Of a stretch of 64,000 nt of DNA, positions 29,709-39,620 are shown piece after piece. Position 1 is the stretch's first letter. Every line of letters begins with the position of its first letter. This DNA is from an uncultured Actinomycetes bacterium (GTDB lineage Bacteria; Actinomycetota; Thermoleophilia; UBA2241): contig CAVWIH010000033.1 of assembly GCA_963755025.1 (NCBI GenBank), positions 1 to 64,000 of the forward strand, written 5' to 3'. Both the position numbers and the translations under genes were made by a program. The notes beneath the pieces were generated by a model, which was not told the DNA's origin, ran no database searches, and was given only the letters and a program-made list of their open reading frames with translations.

Positions 29709-32700
29709 ATGGCTGGTAGACCTCGCGACGAGCGCACCGCTGAGCGGTTCCTCGTCGATGTCGGCGAAGAGAAGCTGCGCGCCCAGGCGCTCCTGGCGCT
29801 GGTCGACGCCGCCCCTGGGGCGATCGACGAGCTCGGCCCCGACAGGGGGCTGCCCCTGATCTGCGCCCGCTTGCTGCGGGCGATGGACTGCACGACCGCG
29901 GTGCTTTCGCTGGTCGACTTCGGGCGCGACACGCTCGAGTCGGTGGTCGGCTACGACGTGGGCGGGGTGCGCACCGCCGTACGCGGCTCGCGGACCCTGG
30001 CGGTCGACGCCATCGCGGCCCGCGTGATCGGCAACCGCGAGCCTCTGTTCGTCGCGCCCGACCCCGACCTCGCGCGCTCGCCGGGTTCCGCCACGCCGTT
30101 CGAAGGCGGCTGGCTGGCGCTGCCGCTCGTGCTGCGCGGCGACAGCATCGGCATGATCGAGCTGCTCGCCGGACACCGGGAGCGGCGCTACACGACCGCC
30201 GAGCTCGTGCTGGCCCAGGGCGTGTGCGCTATCGTCGTCCCGGGCCGTGGCCGACTCGCGGCCTTCGCCAAGTACCTGCCGCCCCCGAGTTCGGCGGGCG
30301 CCGACGGCGGCGGCCTCGCGGGTCGCGGCGCCGGTCCGCACGCCGCCGAGCGCACGCTGGTCGACGTCGCCCGCCGGCTGGCCGAGGGCCTCGAGGTAGA
30401 CCACTGCGACGTGCTGATCCGCAGGGAGGCCTCGGGGGCGGTCAAGGTGGTCGCTCGCTACCGGGCCGACGGCGAGCAGGGCGACGCGCCCGCCGAGCAG
30501 CCCTACGGCCTCGGCGACGTGGGCGCGCGAGCGCGCGCCGCCGCGACGCGGCGCATAGCGGCGGCTCACGACGACGACCTCACGCTGCCCGCCGAGGAGC
30601 GCGCCGAGATGGTCGCCCGCGGGCATCGCGCCGTACTGTACGTGCCGATCGTCGCCGACGACCAGGTGGTCGGCTTTCTGTGCGCCATCGAGCGGCGCCA
30701 CTCGCGCCGGTTCAGCAAAGCGAACGAGGCGTTCGCCGCGCAGCTGGCCGCCGAGGCCGGCGTGGCGGTCGAGAGCGCCCGCACCATCGAGCGGCTCGAT
30801 TCCCAGAACCGCGAGCAGCGCCTCATGCTCGAGACCGGCGCGGCGATCGCGTCGAGCGTCGATCTGCGCGCCACGCTGTCGACCATAGCAGAACGGCTCG
30901 TGCAGACCCTGGGCGTCGCCTGGTCCGACGTCTACGACTTTCACGCCACCTCCGGCGAGCTCGAGGTGATCGCCTACTACCAGGTCGCCGGCGTGCCGAG
31001 CGACCCCGCCTGGCTGGGCCGGCGCTTCACCGCGGAGTCGTGGCCCGAGGGCCTGGCCACGGTGCGCCTGCGCCGGCCGCACGCCAAGTACTACGACTAC
31101 TCGCGACTCTCGTTCGAGGACTTCGCCGCCATGGCCGCCTGGGGCGAGAAAGCCACGCTGTCGGTCCCGCTCCTCTGCGGCAACGAGGTCCTCGGCGTGC
31201 TCGACGTGGCCGAGTCGCGGTACCCGCGGCGGTTCACGGCCGACGAGGTGCGCCTGGCCGAGGCCATCGGTACGCAGGCCGCGCTCGCCATCCGCAACGC
31301 GCGCGCCTTCGACGAAGCCGAGCGGCGCAACGCCGACCTCGCCACGCTGCTCGGCGTGGCGGCCACGCTCACGTCGGCGGTCGATCGCGGCACCGTGCTC
31401 GCGGCCATCGCCCGGCACCTGCGCGAAGCGCTGCGTTCCACGGGCGCCGAGGTCTACCAGTTCGACACCGCGAGCCGCACGCTCGAGCTCGTGGCTCGCG
31501 ACGGCGACGAGCCCGGCGCGCCCGAGGGCGCCGGCCTCTACAGATTGAGCGACGATGCGCTGCTCGCCGGGTGCATCGACGAGCGCCGCGTGGTCGCCAC
31601 GCAGGCCGGCGACCCGGCACGCGCGGGGCAGCCCGGCGCGGGCCGTGCGGCGCAGGCCGCCGCGCTCCGGCAGGCGGCGGCCGGCGACCACCCGGCGGCG
31701 CTCTGCGACGCCGGCAGCCAGCTGTGGGTGCCGCTCGTCTATCAGGACGAGGTGCTCGGCCTGCTGGCGAGCTGCGACGCCGCGCCCGACCGCAGCTACT
31801 CGCACGAAGAGATCGGCCTGGCGACCGCCATCGCCGCCCAGGCCGCGGCCGCCCTGCAGAGCGCCCGGGCCTACGAGCGGCTCGAACAGGAGCGCGCCGC
31901 GCTGACCCGCCTGAACGCCCGCCTGTCGGCGTTCGTCGAGCTCTCGGGCCAGATGCGCGGCCTGCTCTCCGAGGAGCGTCTGATCGACCTGCTCGGCCGC
32001 GTGCTGCACGGAGCCCTCGAGTTCAACCAGTGGGTGATCTACCTGTTCGACCCCGACGAGCTGCTCTTCAACGTGGCCAAGGCGTTCGGCGGCACGCCCG
32101 AGATCGATGAGCACTACGCCGCGACGCCGATCCCGGCCCGCGTGATGAACGGGCTGATCGCCTCGGCGCGCACCATCTCGCAGTCGCACTTCGTCGACCA
32201 CCTGCTGCACACCTGGACCGACGAAGAGAACTACTTCCTGCCCGGCGAAGAGCTCGTCGGCGAGCGTCCCGAGGGCGAGTGGAACCAGTTCGATTCGCTG
32301 TTCGTGCCCATGCTCGGCCAGAAAGGCCAGCTGATCGGCTACATCGAGGCCTACGACCCGCTCGACCGGCAACGGCCGAGCGACGACGTCGTGCGCCTGA
32401 TCGAGGTCTTCGCCAGCAAGGCGGCCAGCAACATCGAGCTGCAGCGCGCCTACGGCGAGCTCGAGCAGCAGTCGCGCACCGACGGCCTCACCGGCCTCTA
32501 CAACCACCGCTTCTTTCAGGAGCGCCTGGCGGCCGAGGTCGCCCGCGCGCAGCGCTTCGAGAAGCCGCTCACGCTGCTCATGATCGACGTCGACAACTTC
32601 AAGGAGTTCAACGACGCCTTCGGCCACCCGCAGGGCGACCGGCTGCTCAAGGCCCTGGCCGACCTGCTGCTCGCCCAGACGCGCACCAACGTCGACTTCG

Positions 32701-33023
32701 TGGCGCGCTACGGGGGAGAGGAGTTCGTCGTGCTGCTGCTCGAGACCGGCGTCGGCGACGCCGCGATCGCCGCCGAGCGGTTGCAGGACCTGGTCGAGGG
32801 CCACCGCCCCGGCATAGAGGTGGCCGAGGCCATCCGCGCGGCGACCCAGGCGCAGACCTTCGACGCGCCGGGCGGCGCCGCCGGCGGCGTGACCGTGAGC
32901 GTCGGCGTCGCCACGTTCCCCGACCACGCCTCGACCGGCGACCAGCTCGTCGCCAACGCCGACAAGGCGCTCTACCTGGCCAAGCGCCTCGGCAAGAACC
33001 GCAGCTGCGTGTATCACCCCTAG
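29709..33023 (+). CDS. Multi-GAF diguanylate cyclase
   Basis: Repeated GAF signatures (LxVP...V/IG) followed by 'TDGLTGLYNHR', 'DVDNFKEFND.FGH..GD', 'RYGGEEF'. Confidence 0.92.
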   Translation: MAGRPRDERTAERFLVDVGEEKLRAQALLALVDAAPGAIDELGPDRGLPLICARLLRAMDCTTAVLSLVDFGRDTLESVVGYDVGGVRTAVRGSRTLAVDAIAARVIGNREPLFVAPDPDLARSPGSATPFEGGWLALPLVLRGDSIGMIELLAGHRERRYTTAELVLAQGVCAIVVPGRGRLAAFAKYLPPPSSAGADGGGLAGRGAGPHAAERTLVDVARRLAEGLEVDHCDVLIRREASGAVKVVARYRADGEQGDAPAEQPYGLGDVGARARAAATRRIAAAHDDDLTLPAEERAEMVARGHRAVLYVPIVADDQVVGFLCAIERRHSRRFSKANEAFAAQLAAEAGVAVESARTIERLDSQNREQRLMLETGAAIASSVDLRATLSTIAERLVQTLGVAWSDVYDFHATSGELEVIAYYQVAGVPSDPAWLGRRFTAESWPEGLATVRLRRPHAKYYDYSRLSFEDFAAMAAWGEKATLSVPLLCGNEVLGVLDVAESRYPRRFTADEVRLAEAIGTQAALAIRNARAFDEAERRNADLATLLGVAATLTSAVDRGTVLAAIARHLREALRSTGAEVYQFDTASRTLELVARDGDEPGAPEGAGLYRLSDDALLAGCIDERRVVATQAGDPARAGQPGAGRAAQAAALRQAAAGDHPAALCDAGSQLWVPLVYQDEVLGLLASCDAAPDRSYSHEEIGLATAIAAQAAAALQSARAYERLEQERAALTRLNARLSAFVELSGQMRGLLSEERLIDLLGRVLHGALEFNQWVIYLFDPDELLFNVAKAFGGTPEIDEHYAATPIPARVMNGLIASARTISQSHFVDHLLHTWTDEENYFLPGEELVGERPEGEWNQFDSLFVPMLGQKGQLIGYIEAYDPLDRQRPSDDVVRLIEVFASKAASNIELQRAYGELEQQSRTDGLTGLYNHRFFQERLAAEVARAQRFEKPLTLLMIDVDNFKEFNDAFGHPQGDRLLKALADLLLAQTRTNVDFVARYGGEEFVVLLLETGVGDAAIAAERLQDLVEGHRPGIEVAEAIRAATQAQTFDAPGGAAGGVTVSVGVATFPDHASTGDQLVANADKALYLAKRLGKNRSCVYHP

Positions 33024-33179
33024 GACCACCCCTGAGCCGCGCGCCCCATTCGCGGCCCGCGTCGCCCTCCTGGTGCCGCCGGGCGCCACGTTCGGGCGCC
33101 GTTCGACCTGCGTATGCTTGTGGCGTGAGCCTGGACAGGGCGCGCCGCGAGGGGTGCGTCGCGATCGGGGAGGTCAGTC

Positions 33180-34383
33180 ATGCACGCAAGCCTGAGCCGC
33201 ACAAGAGGCGTTGCTGCCGCGGGCGCCGTTGTCGGCGTCGCCGCGGTCGTCGCGGCGCTCGTGGTCGTGGCGCTGGCGGTGGGCGTCCCGCGCGCCGCGG
33301 CGGCCGGCGCGACGTCTGTCTCGGCGGCCGCGCCCGACGCCGCCGTGCCGACGGCCGGCAGCATCGTCGTGGTGCGCCGCATCGCCGGTCATGATTCGCT
33401 GTGGAGCGTCGATCCCGTCAGCACGACCGCCACGCAGCTCGTGGACCTGCCGTTCAGGGCGGCGCGCGCCGAGCGCTCGCCCGGCACCGCGCGGATCGCC
33501 TACCTGCCCATGACCGCGGGCCCGCGGGTGTACGTCTACGACACCGGCACCGGCGTGCTGCACGCCTGGTCGCTGGCCGCGCGCGGCGTGGAGGCCGTCG
33601 ACTCGGTCGCCTGGATCTCGTCGACCAGGCTCCTGGTCGCCGGCAAGCCGACGCACGGCTACGCGCTGCTACCCGTTCGCCGACCGCCTCTACACGGTGA
33701 ACGCCGTGACCGGCGCCGTGAAGAGGTTCGGGTCGCTGCTGGGCACTGAGCCCACGGTGGCGCCCGGCGCGGCGCTGGCCTTCGTGCGCCTGAGCGACGG
33801 CGGCCCCATCGCGGGCGCTTCGCCACTGCGCTGGGTCGTCGAGCGTCTCTACCGGCTCGCTCACGGCGCCGCCGCGAAGCCCCGCCTGATCGGCTCTGTG
33901 AAGTACGCCGACGGCTTCGACATCCGCGTGTTTCGCGACCCACGTCTGTCGAGCAGCGGCGCGTACCTGATCACCTCGACCACCGGCTCCGACATCTCGG
34001 TGCGCTACTCGGTGCGCTCGGCCACGACCGGCAAGGCGCTGCGCACGGTCGACACCACCCTCGCCGGACGCGACGCGACCGCCTGGAGCAACCTGACCCA
34101 GCAGGTGGCGTTCTGGGGCATGCCCGAAGCCGAGCCGGGCACGACCACCCGGTTGGCCATCTTCGACGCCACGACCAGGGTGCTGCGCGGCTCCGCCGAG
34201 CACCCGCAGGTCGCGGTCACCGGCCTTGCCTGGTCGTACGACGACGCCCTGCTCGCCTACAGCCTGCGCGGCCTGCAGGCCGCCGACGACGTCGCCGAGC
34301 TCTGGACAACCGACCCCGCGACGTTCGGCGCGCAGACCGATCTCGGCCCCGGTAGCTTCCCGGTGTTCATGCCCGGCTCGTGA
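33180..34383 (+). CDS. Secreted protein, probably TolB-like beta-propeller (frameshift near 33670)
   Basis: Long signal/TM N-terminus; repeated 'SP..RIAY', 'AWS...VAFW', 'LAWSYDDALLAY' blades; ORFs 33180 and 33697 join. Confidence 0.55.
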
Positions 34384-34526
34384 GGGACGCCCAGGTCGCG
34401 CCGCCGGCGGCGGCAGGTGCGCTCGACCGTATTGCCTGCTCACTCGCTGCGCAGTAGGGTCGGAAGTGACCAGAGGGCGCTGCCCCGTTCGGGCACGGGG
34501 CGGCGCCCCGACATAGAGGGGGGTCC

Positions 34527-36375
34527 ATGAAGCAGAAGCCGTTTGGCGGTGCGCGACGGGCCGTTGTCCTGGCGATCGTCGCAGTGCTCTCGGTCGGGCT
34601 GGTCTGGGGCCTGGCGACGGCCTTCGCGGCGAGCGCCTCGCCGACGCCGGGCGCCGGCCACGTCACCCTGAGGATCGGCTGGACCGAGGAGCCCGACAAC
34701 CTCAACCCGTTCATCGGCTACCAGAACGAGACCTACGAGATCTGGGCGCTGAACTACGACCTGCTGTTCGGCTACGGCGACCGCAACCAGCCCACGCTCG
34801 ACCTGGCGAGCCAGTTCCCGACCAAGGCCAACGGCGGCATCTCGGCCGACGGCCTGACCTGGACGATCAAGATCCGCTCGGGCGTCAAGTGGCAGGACGG
34901 CCAGCCGCTCACCGCCGCCGACGTCGCCTTCACGTTCAACTACATCGTCAAGAACCAGATGGCGAACTTCACGAACTCGACCTTCGGCATTAAGAGCGCC
35001 ACGGCGCTCGACCCGACGACCGTGCGATCGTCTGCTCCCACCCCAAGGCCGACCTCGAGAGCATGTGGGTGCCGATCATTCCCCAGCACATCTGGGAGCA
35101 CGTCTCGCCGAGCGTGGCGCAGAGCAGTTACGCGGTCAAGCTGCCGCTGGTGGGCAGCGGACCCTTCACAACCGTGCAGTTCAAGAAGGGCAGCTACATC
35201 CACCTGGTGCGCAACCCGGACTACTGGGGCCCCAAGCCGGCCATCACCGACATCTACTTCTTGGTCTACCAGGACGCCGACACCATGGTCACCGACCTGA
35301 AGTCGGGCAACATCGACGCCGCCTGGGGCGCTGCCGCAGGCGCAGTTCTCGGCGCTCAAGTCGGACCCGTCGTTCAAGGCGGTGCCGTACTCCTACTACA
35401 ACTGGAACTACGTCGAGTTCAACTCGTACGACAAGTCCAGCTCGCTGGGCAACCCGGTGCTGCGCGACCCCAGGTTCCGCAACGCCTTGAACTACGCGCG
35501 TCAACAAGCAGCGCCTCTCGACGCTCGCCTACGAGGGCTACGCGCAGCCCGCCACCACGATCATCCCGCCGAACGTCTGGAAGGACCCCGACTACCACTG
35601 GCAGCCGCCCGCCGACCAGGCGTACTCGTTCGACCTCGCCAAGGCGAGCAGCCTGCTCACCCAGGCCGGCTACAAGCTGAGCTCGAAGGGCGTGCGGCTC
35701 GACCTGCACGGCAAGCCCATCAAGCTGCGCCTGTACACCTCGACCGACAGCTCGTCCGAGCAGAGCGAGGCCAAGCTGATCACCGGCTGGCTCGACAGCC
35801 TGGGGCTGAAGATCACCCTCTCGGTGGTCGACCCGGGCACGCTGCAGTCCGACATCTACAACTCGCACGGCAAGGCCTGGGCCCCCGACTTCGACCTCGT
35901 GGTGTGGAACTGGACGGGCTACTTCGACCCCGGCCAGACCCTCGTGTGCTTCACCACGCCGCAGATCGGCAGCCTCGACGAGCCGTACTGGTCGAACGCC
36001 CAGTACGACGCGTTGAACACCCAGCAGGCTTCGATCATCGACCCGCAGGCGCGCCAGAAGCCGATCTGGCAGATGCAGCAGCTCATGTACCAGCAGACGC
36101 CCTGGATCGTGCTCACCTATCCCGACTACCTCGAGGCCTACAACACCTCCAGGTGGACCGGCTGGCAGCAGATGTTCGGCGGTAGCGGGCCGGCCTTCAA
36201 CACCGAAGGCTTCCTCGGTTCGTACCTGAACCTGCGGCCGCGGGCCGCCGCGGCCGGCGGGGGCTCGAGCAGCACGGCGCTGGTCGCGGTCGTCGCGGCG
36301 GCAGCGGCGCTGATCGTGATCGTCGCCGTGGTGCTGCTTCGCCGCCGCGGCCGTCCGCAGGTCGAAGAGGACTAG
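34527..36375 (+). CDS. ABC substrate-binding protein family 5 (peptide/nickel) with C-terminal TM anchor (about 3 frameshifts)
   Basis: 'DNLNPF', 'SADGLTWTIKIRSGVKWQDGQPLTAADVAFTF', 'GSGPF', 'NPDYWG', 'D.RFRNAL'; C-terminal hydrophobic stretch followed by RRRGR. Confidence 0.85.
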
Positions 36376-36393
36376 CGCGGCGCGGCGGCGTCG

Positions 36394-37107
36394 TCAGTCG
36401 GGCGTGATGGCGCGCGTGGCGCGCGAGGGCACGGCGTAAAAGAGCTCGATCGCGATGAGCACGGCCACGCTGGCCTTGGCGCTCGCAAAGGCCAGGCCAA
36501 AGGCCAGGGCAAAGGCGACGGGGCCAAAGGCGAACTGTCTGGTGACGGCGCGGATGTGGGCATCGGTGATGCCGGCGGTCACCAGGCGCCGGCCGCGCGA
36601 GGCGTAGAGCCAGAGCCCGACGAAGGCGACCGACACGAACAGCAGCGCCCCGCTGTAGACGAGAGCGCCGACGCGCTCGCTGGGGTGTCCGAGGTTGTCG
36701 GCCAGCAGGGTCGTCGTGAACGGCGTGGTCGTGATGCCGAGCAGCAGCAGGCCGTTCAGCAGCAGGAAGGTGTGGTCGACGCGGGCGATCACGTTGAACA
36801 CGCCGTGGTGGTTCGACCACATGATGAGGATCGACAAGAAGCTGATGACGAAGGCCACGTCGGTCGGCCAGTGGCCGAGCAGCTGATGCCAGAGGGCGGC
36901 CTCGCTTGCGTGCGTGGCCGGCACGTGCAGGGTGAGGACGAGCAGCGTGGCCGCGATGGCGAAGACGCTGTCCGAGAACGTCTCGACGCGGCTGGTCTCG
37001 TTGACCTCGAACGACGCGCGCCGGCCGTTGCCTGCTCCCGCCGAGGCCGCCGCAGGCTCGGTGGCGCGCGACTCGGGCACCGGGGTGTCGTCGGGGGGGC
37101 GCAGCAT
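36394..37107 (-). CDS. TMEM175 family potassium channel
   Basis: Signature 'RVETFSDSVFAIAATLLVL'; 'SFLSILIMWSNHH'. Confidence 0.9.
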   Translation of the reverse strand: MLRPPDDTPVPESRATEPAAASAGAGNGRRASFEVNETSRVETFSDSVFAIAATLLVLTLHVPATHASEAALWHQLLGHWPTDVAFVISFLSILIMWSNHHGVFNVIARVDHTFLLLNGLLLLGITTTPFTTTLLADNLGHPSERVGALVYSGALLFVSVAFVGLWLYASRGRRLVTAGITDAHIRAVTRQFAFGPVAFALAFGLAFASAKASVAVLIAIELFYAVPSRATRAITPD

Positions 37108-37258
37108 TACCCCAGAATCCTACCCGACGCCGCCGCGATCGGTGTCATACTGAGGCACGAAAGGCCGCATCGGCCGGCGGCCACCGCGCGGTCGCCGGAA
37201 CCAGAGCCAGGAACGCCGCCATCCGCCCGCTCGTGCGCGCGGGGCAAGGGGGACACAG

Positions 37259-38605
37259 ATGTCCGACACAGCCAGGTGCCCGTCGTGCGGCGGCGCCCTC
37301 GCCCCGACGGCCGCGGCATGCCCCGCTTGCGGCTTTGTGGTGCGCGGCGCGATGTCGCGCCGCGCCGCGGCTCCGGGCGCGGCGCTCAGCAGCCTCTTCT
37401 CTTCGTCGGACGGCGCGGTCGACGGCGCGGGCGACGGCGGCGCGGTGGGCTGGGCGCCCTCGGCGCCCAGCCCACCGCGCCGCGTGAGCGCGCCGTCGGC
37501 GGTCTCGGCGCCGCCCGGGCAGGTCTCGGTCGACGTGCTTGCGACCCGCTGGTCGGGGCGTTTCACCACGCGCACGACGCACAGCGCCACGACGACCGCC
37601 GCGCTCGGCGTGCCGGTCGCCGACACGTCGCCCGGGCGCCCGCGGGTCACCCCGGGCGGGGCCAGCGCCGGCCGTCACGGCGGCTCCGCCGCTACGGTCG
37701 GCGCCTCGTCGCGCACCGCCGCGCAGGTCTCCGGCGCCGGCACGCCTGCCGGCGCCTCGCGAACGGCCGTCGGGGCGACGCCCACGGCGCGCGCCGTGCC
37801 CGAGCCCCTCACCGTGGCGGCGGCGCGAGCGCGCGAGCGGGGGCGCGAGCTGCGCCGCGTGCTCAACGGTCGTCCCATGTCGGGCGGCGGTCCGGCGGGC
37901 GGGTTCGATCAGGTCCTCGGGTCAGACTTCCATACCGATTCGGCGATCTCCGGCGCCGATCCGCGCGACCGCGGGCCGGTCATGCCCCCTCCACGGGTAC
38001 CCCACCCGGGCGCCGCGCCGCTCGGGGTCGCTGCACCGGCCGGATCAGCGCCGTCGTCGGGGTCGCCGTGGTGGCACGACACGATCGCCGCGCCGGCGGC
38101 GGCGGTGCCGCCGCCGCCGTGGGCGGCGCGGCGGCGCGCCAAGGCGCCGCGCGGCCTGCGGCTCGCCACGATCGTCCTGGCGCTGGTGATCGTCGCCGTC
38201 GGGCTTGTCGTCTCCCACAACGGCGTGACGCCGTCGACCAGCGGCGGCGGCACGACGAGCGACACTCAGGCGGCGACGTTCGGCGCACCGACCGCGGCGC
38301 AGCTCACCGTGGTGCGGGCGCGCCTCGCCGCGCTCGCCGCCGTCGTGGCTGCGCCAGAGAGGCAGGTCGACGCGGCGCGGCCCGCGGCGGCCGCGCGGGC
38401 CCACACGCTGTGGGTGCGCCTCATCACCTGGCGCGACGCCGCCAGCCTCGACTCGCACCAGACGCGCGTGCTCGACAACGCCATCGCCTACGCCGGCACG
38501 TTGAGCCGCTGGCTCAAAGCGCCCCACAGCGGCGCGCGCCACGCCGCCGCCGTCAAGGCGTGGCGGCGCTGGACCCGCGACGACCCCGGCCTGATCGACC
38601 CATGA
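37259..38605 (+). CDS. Hypothetical protein: N-terminal Zn ribbon, long low-complexity region, one TM, helical C-terminal domain
   Basis: CPSC...CPAC; TM 'LATIVLALVIVAVGLVV'. Confidence 0.6.
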   Translation: MSDTARCPSCGGALAPTAAACPACGFVVRGAMSRRAAAPGAALSSLFSSSDGAVDGAGDGGAVGWAPSAPSPPRRVSAPSAVSAPPGQVSVDVLATRWSGRFTTRTTHSATTTAALGVPVADTSPGRPRVTPGGASAGRHGGSAATVGASSRTAAQVSGAGTPAGASRTAVGATPTARAVPEPLTVAAARARERGRELRRVLNGRPMSGGGPAGGFDQVLGSDFHTDSAISGADPRDRGPVMPPPRVPHPGAAPLGVAAPAGSAPSSGSPWWHDTIAAPAAAVPPPPWAARRRAKAPRGLRLATIVLALVIVAVGLVVSHNGVTPSTSGGGTTSDTQAATFGAPTAAQLTVVRARLAALAAVVAAPERQVDAARPAAAARAHTLWVRLITWRDAASLDSHQTRVLDNAIAYAGTLSRWLKAPHSGARHAAAVKAWRRWTRDDPGLIDP

Positions 38606-38615
38606 GACGCGGCGC

Positions 38616-39440
38616 GTGACCGGGCAGCCACGACCCGGCGCGGCGCGGCCGGCGCGCAGCCGTGCGGCGGCCACCTCCGAGGGCGGCCGTGCGGCGGCCA
38701 CCTCCGCCGAGGGCGGCCGTGCGGCTGCGGTCCTCGCCGAGATCGCGGCGCTTGGCAGCGAGGCCGATCGCGCCGGCATGGCGCGCTACGGCATCAAGGT
38801 CGACGACGCTTACGGCGTGTCGGTCACCGTGCTGCGACGCCTGGCAAAGGACCTCGGCCACGATCACGAGCTCGCCCTCGAGCTGTGGCGCACCGGCAAC
38901 CACGAAGCTCGCCTGCTGGCCGCCTTCGTCGACGAACCAGACAAGGTCGACGTGCGACAGATGGAGAGCTGGGCGGCCGACTTCGATTCGTGGGACGTCT
39001 GCGACGAGGTGACGACCGATCTCTTCGACCGCACGCCCTTCGCCTGGACGCAGGCGGTCGCCTGGGCGGGCCGGCCCGCGGAGTTCGTCAAGCGCGCCGG
39101 CTTCGCCCTCATGGCCGGCCTCGCCGTGCACGACAAGGCGGCTGGCGACGAGGCCTTCGTGGAGCTCTTGGAGCTCGTCGAGCGCGAAGCCTTCGACGAG
39201 CGCAACTTCGTGAAGAAGGCGGTCAACTGGGCGCTGCGCAACATCGGCAAGCGCAGCCTCGAGCTCAACCGCGAAGCGCTGGCGTGCGCTCGGCGCTTGC
39301 GCGCCGCCGCCGACGAGCGCGCCGGCGGCTCGCGCGGCGGCGACCCGGCGACCCGCGCCGCGCGCTGGGTGGCCACCGACGCCCTGCGCGAGCTGCAGTC
39401 GCCCAAGACGCAGGAGCGCTTACGTCGCCGAGGCGCTTGA
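38616..39440 (+). CDS. DNA alkylation repair protein (AlkD-like HEAT-repeat glycosylase); start uncertain
   Basis: 'GMARYGI', 'HEARLLA', 'DFDSWDVCD', 'DERNFVKKAVNWALRNIGKRS', 'ARWVATDALREL'; N-terminus contains a 30/33-bp duplication at about 38660-38730. Confidence 0.88.
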   Translation: MTGQPRPGAARPARSRAAATSEGGRAAATSAEGGRAAAVLAEIAALGSEADRAGMARYGIKVDDAYGVSVTVLRRLAKDLGHDHELALELWRTGNHEARLLAAFVDEPDKVDVRQMESWAADFDSWDVCDEVTTDLFDRTPFAWTQAVAWAGRPAEFVKRAGFALMAGLAVHDKAAGDEAFVELLELVEREAFDERNFVKKAVNWALRNIGKRSLELNREALACARRLRAAADERAGGSRGGDPATRAARWVATDALRELQSPKTQERLRRRGA

Positions 39441-39620
39441 CCGTCCGGGGCGCCCGAAAGGGCCGGGGCGCTCCGGACCTGCCGCGGCGCCAGCGCCGTC
39501 GGGGCGCGACCTTACCTTGACCGCAGGCGTAAGCTGTTCAGGGTGACGTACCGCGCAGAGGGCCGTCCGGGCCGGCACGCGGTCCGGCGGTCGACAGGGA
39601 ACACCGCGACAGGCGGTCCG

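Noticed and set aside
29580-33089. Very long antisense or alternative-frame ORFs (29580-33089, 46430-49687, 56611-59823 N-terminal part, 26761-28512 and others)
   Set aside because: Shadow ORFs expected at this GC content; they are Arg/Ala/Gly-rich, have no motifs and overlap well-supported genes.
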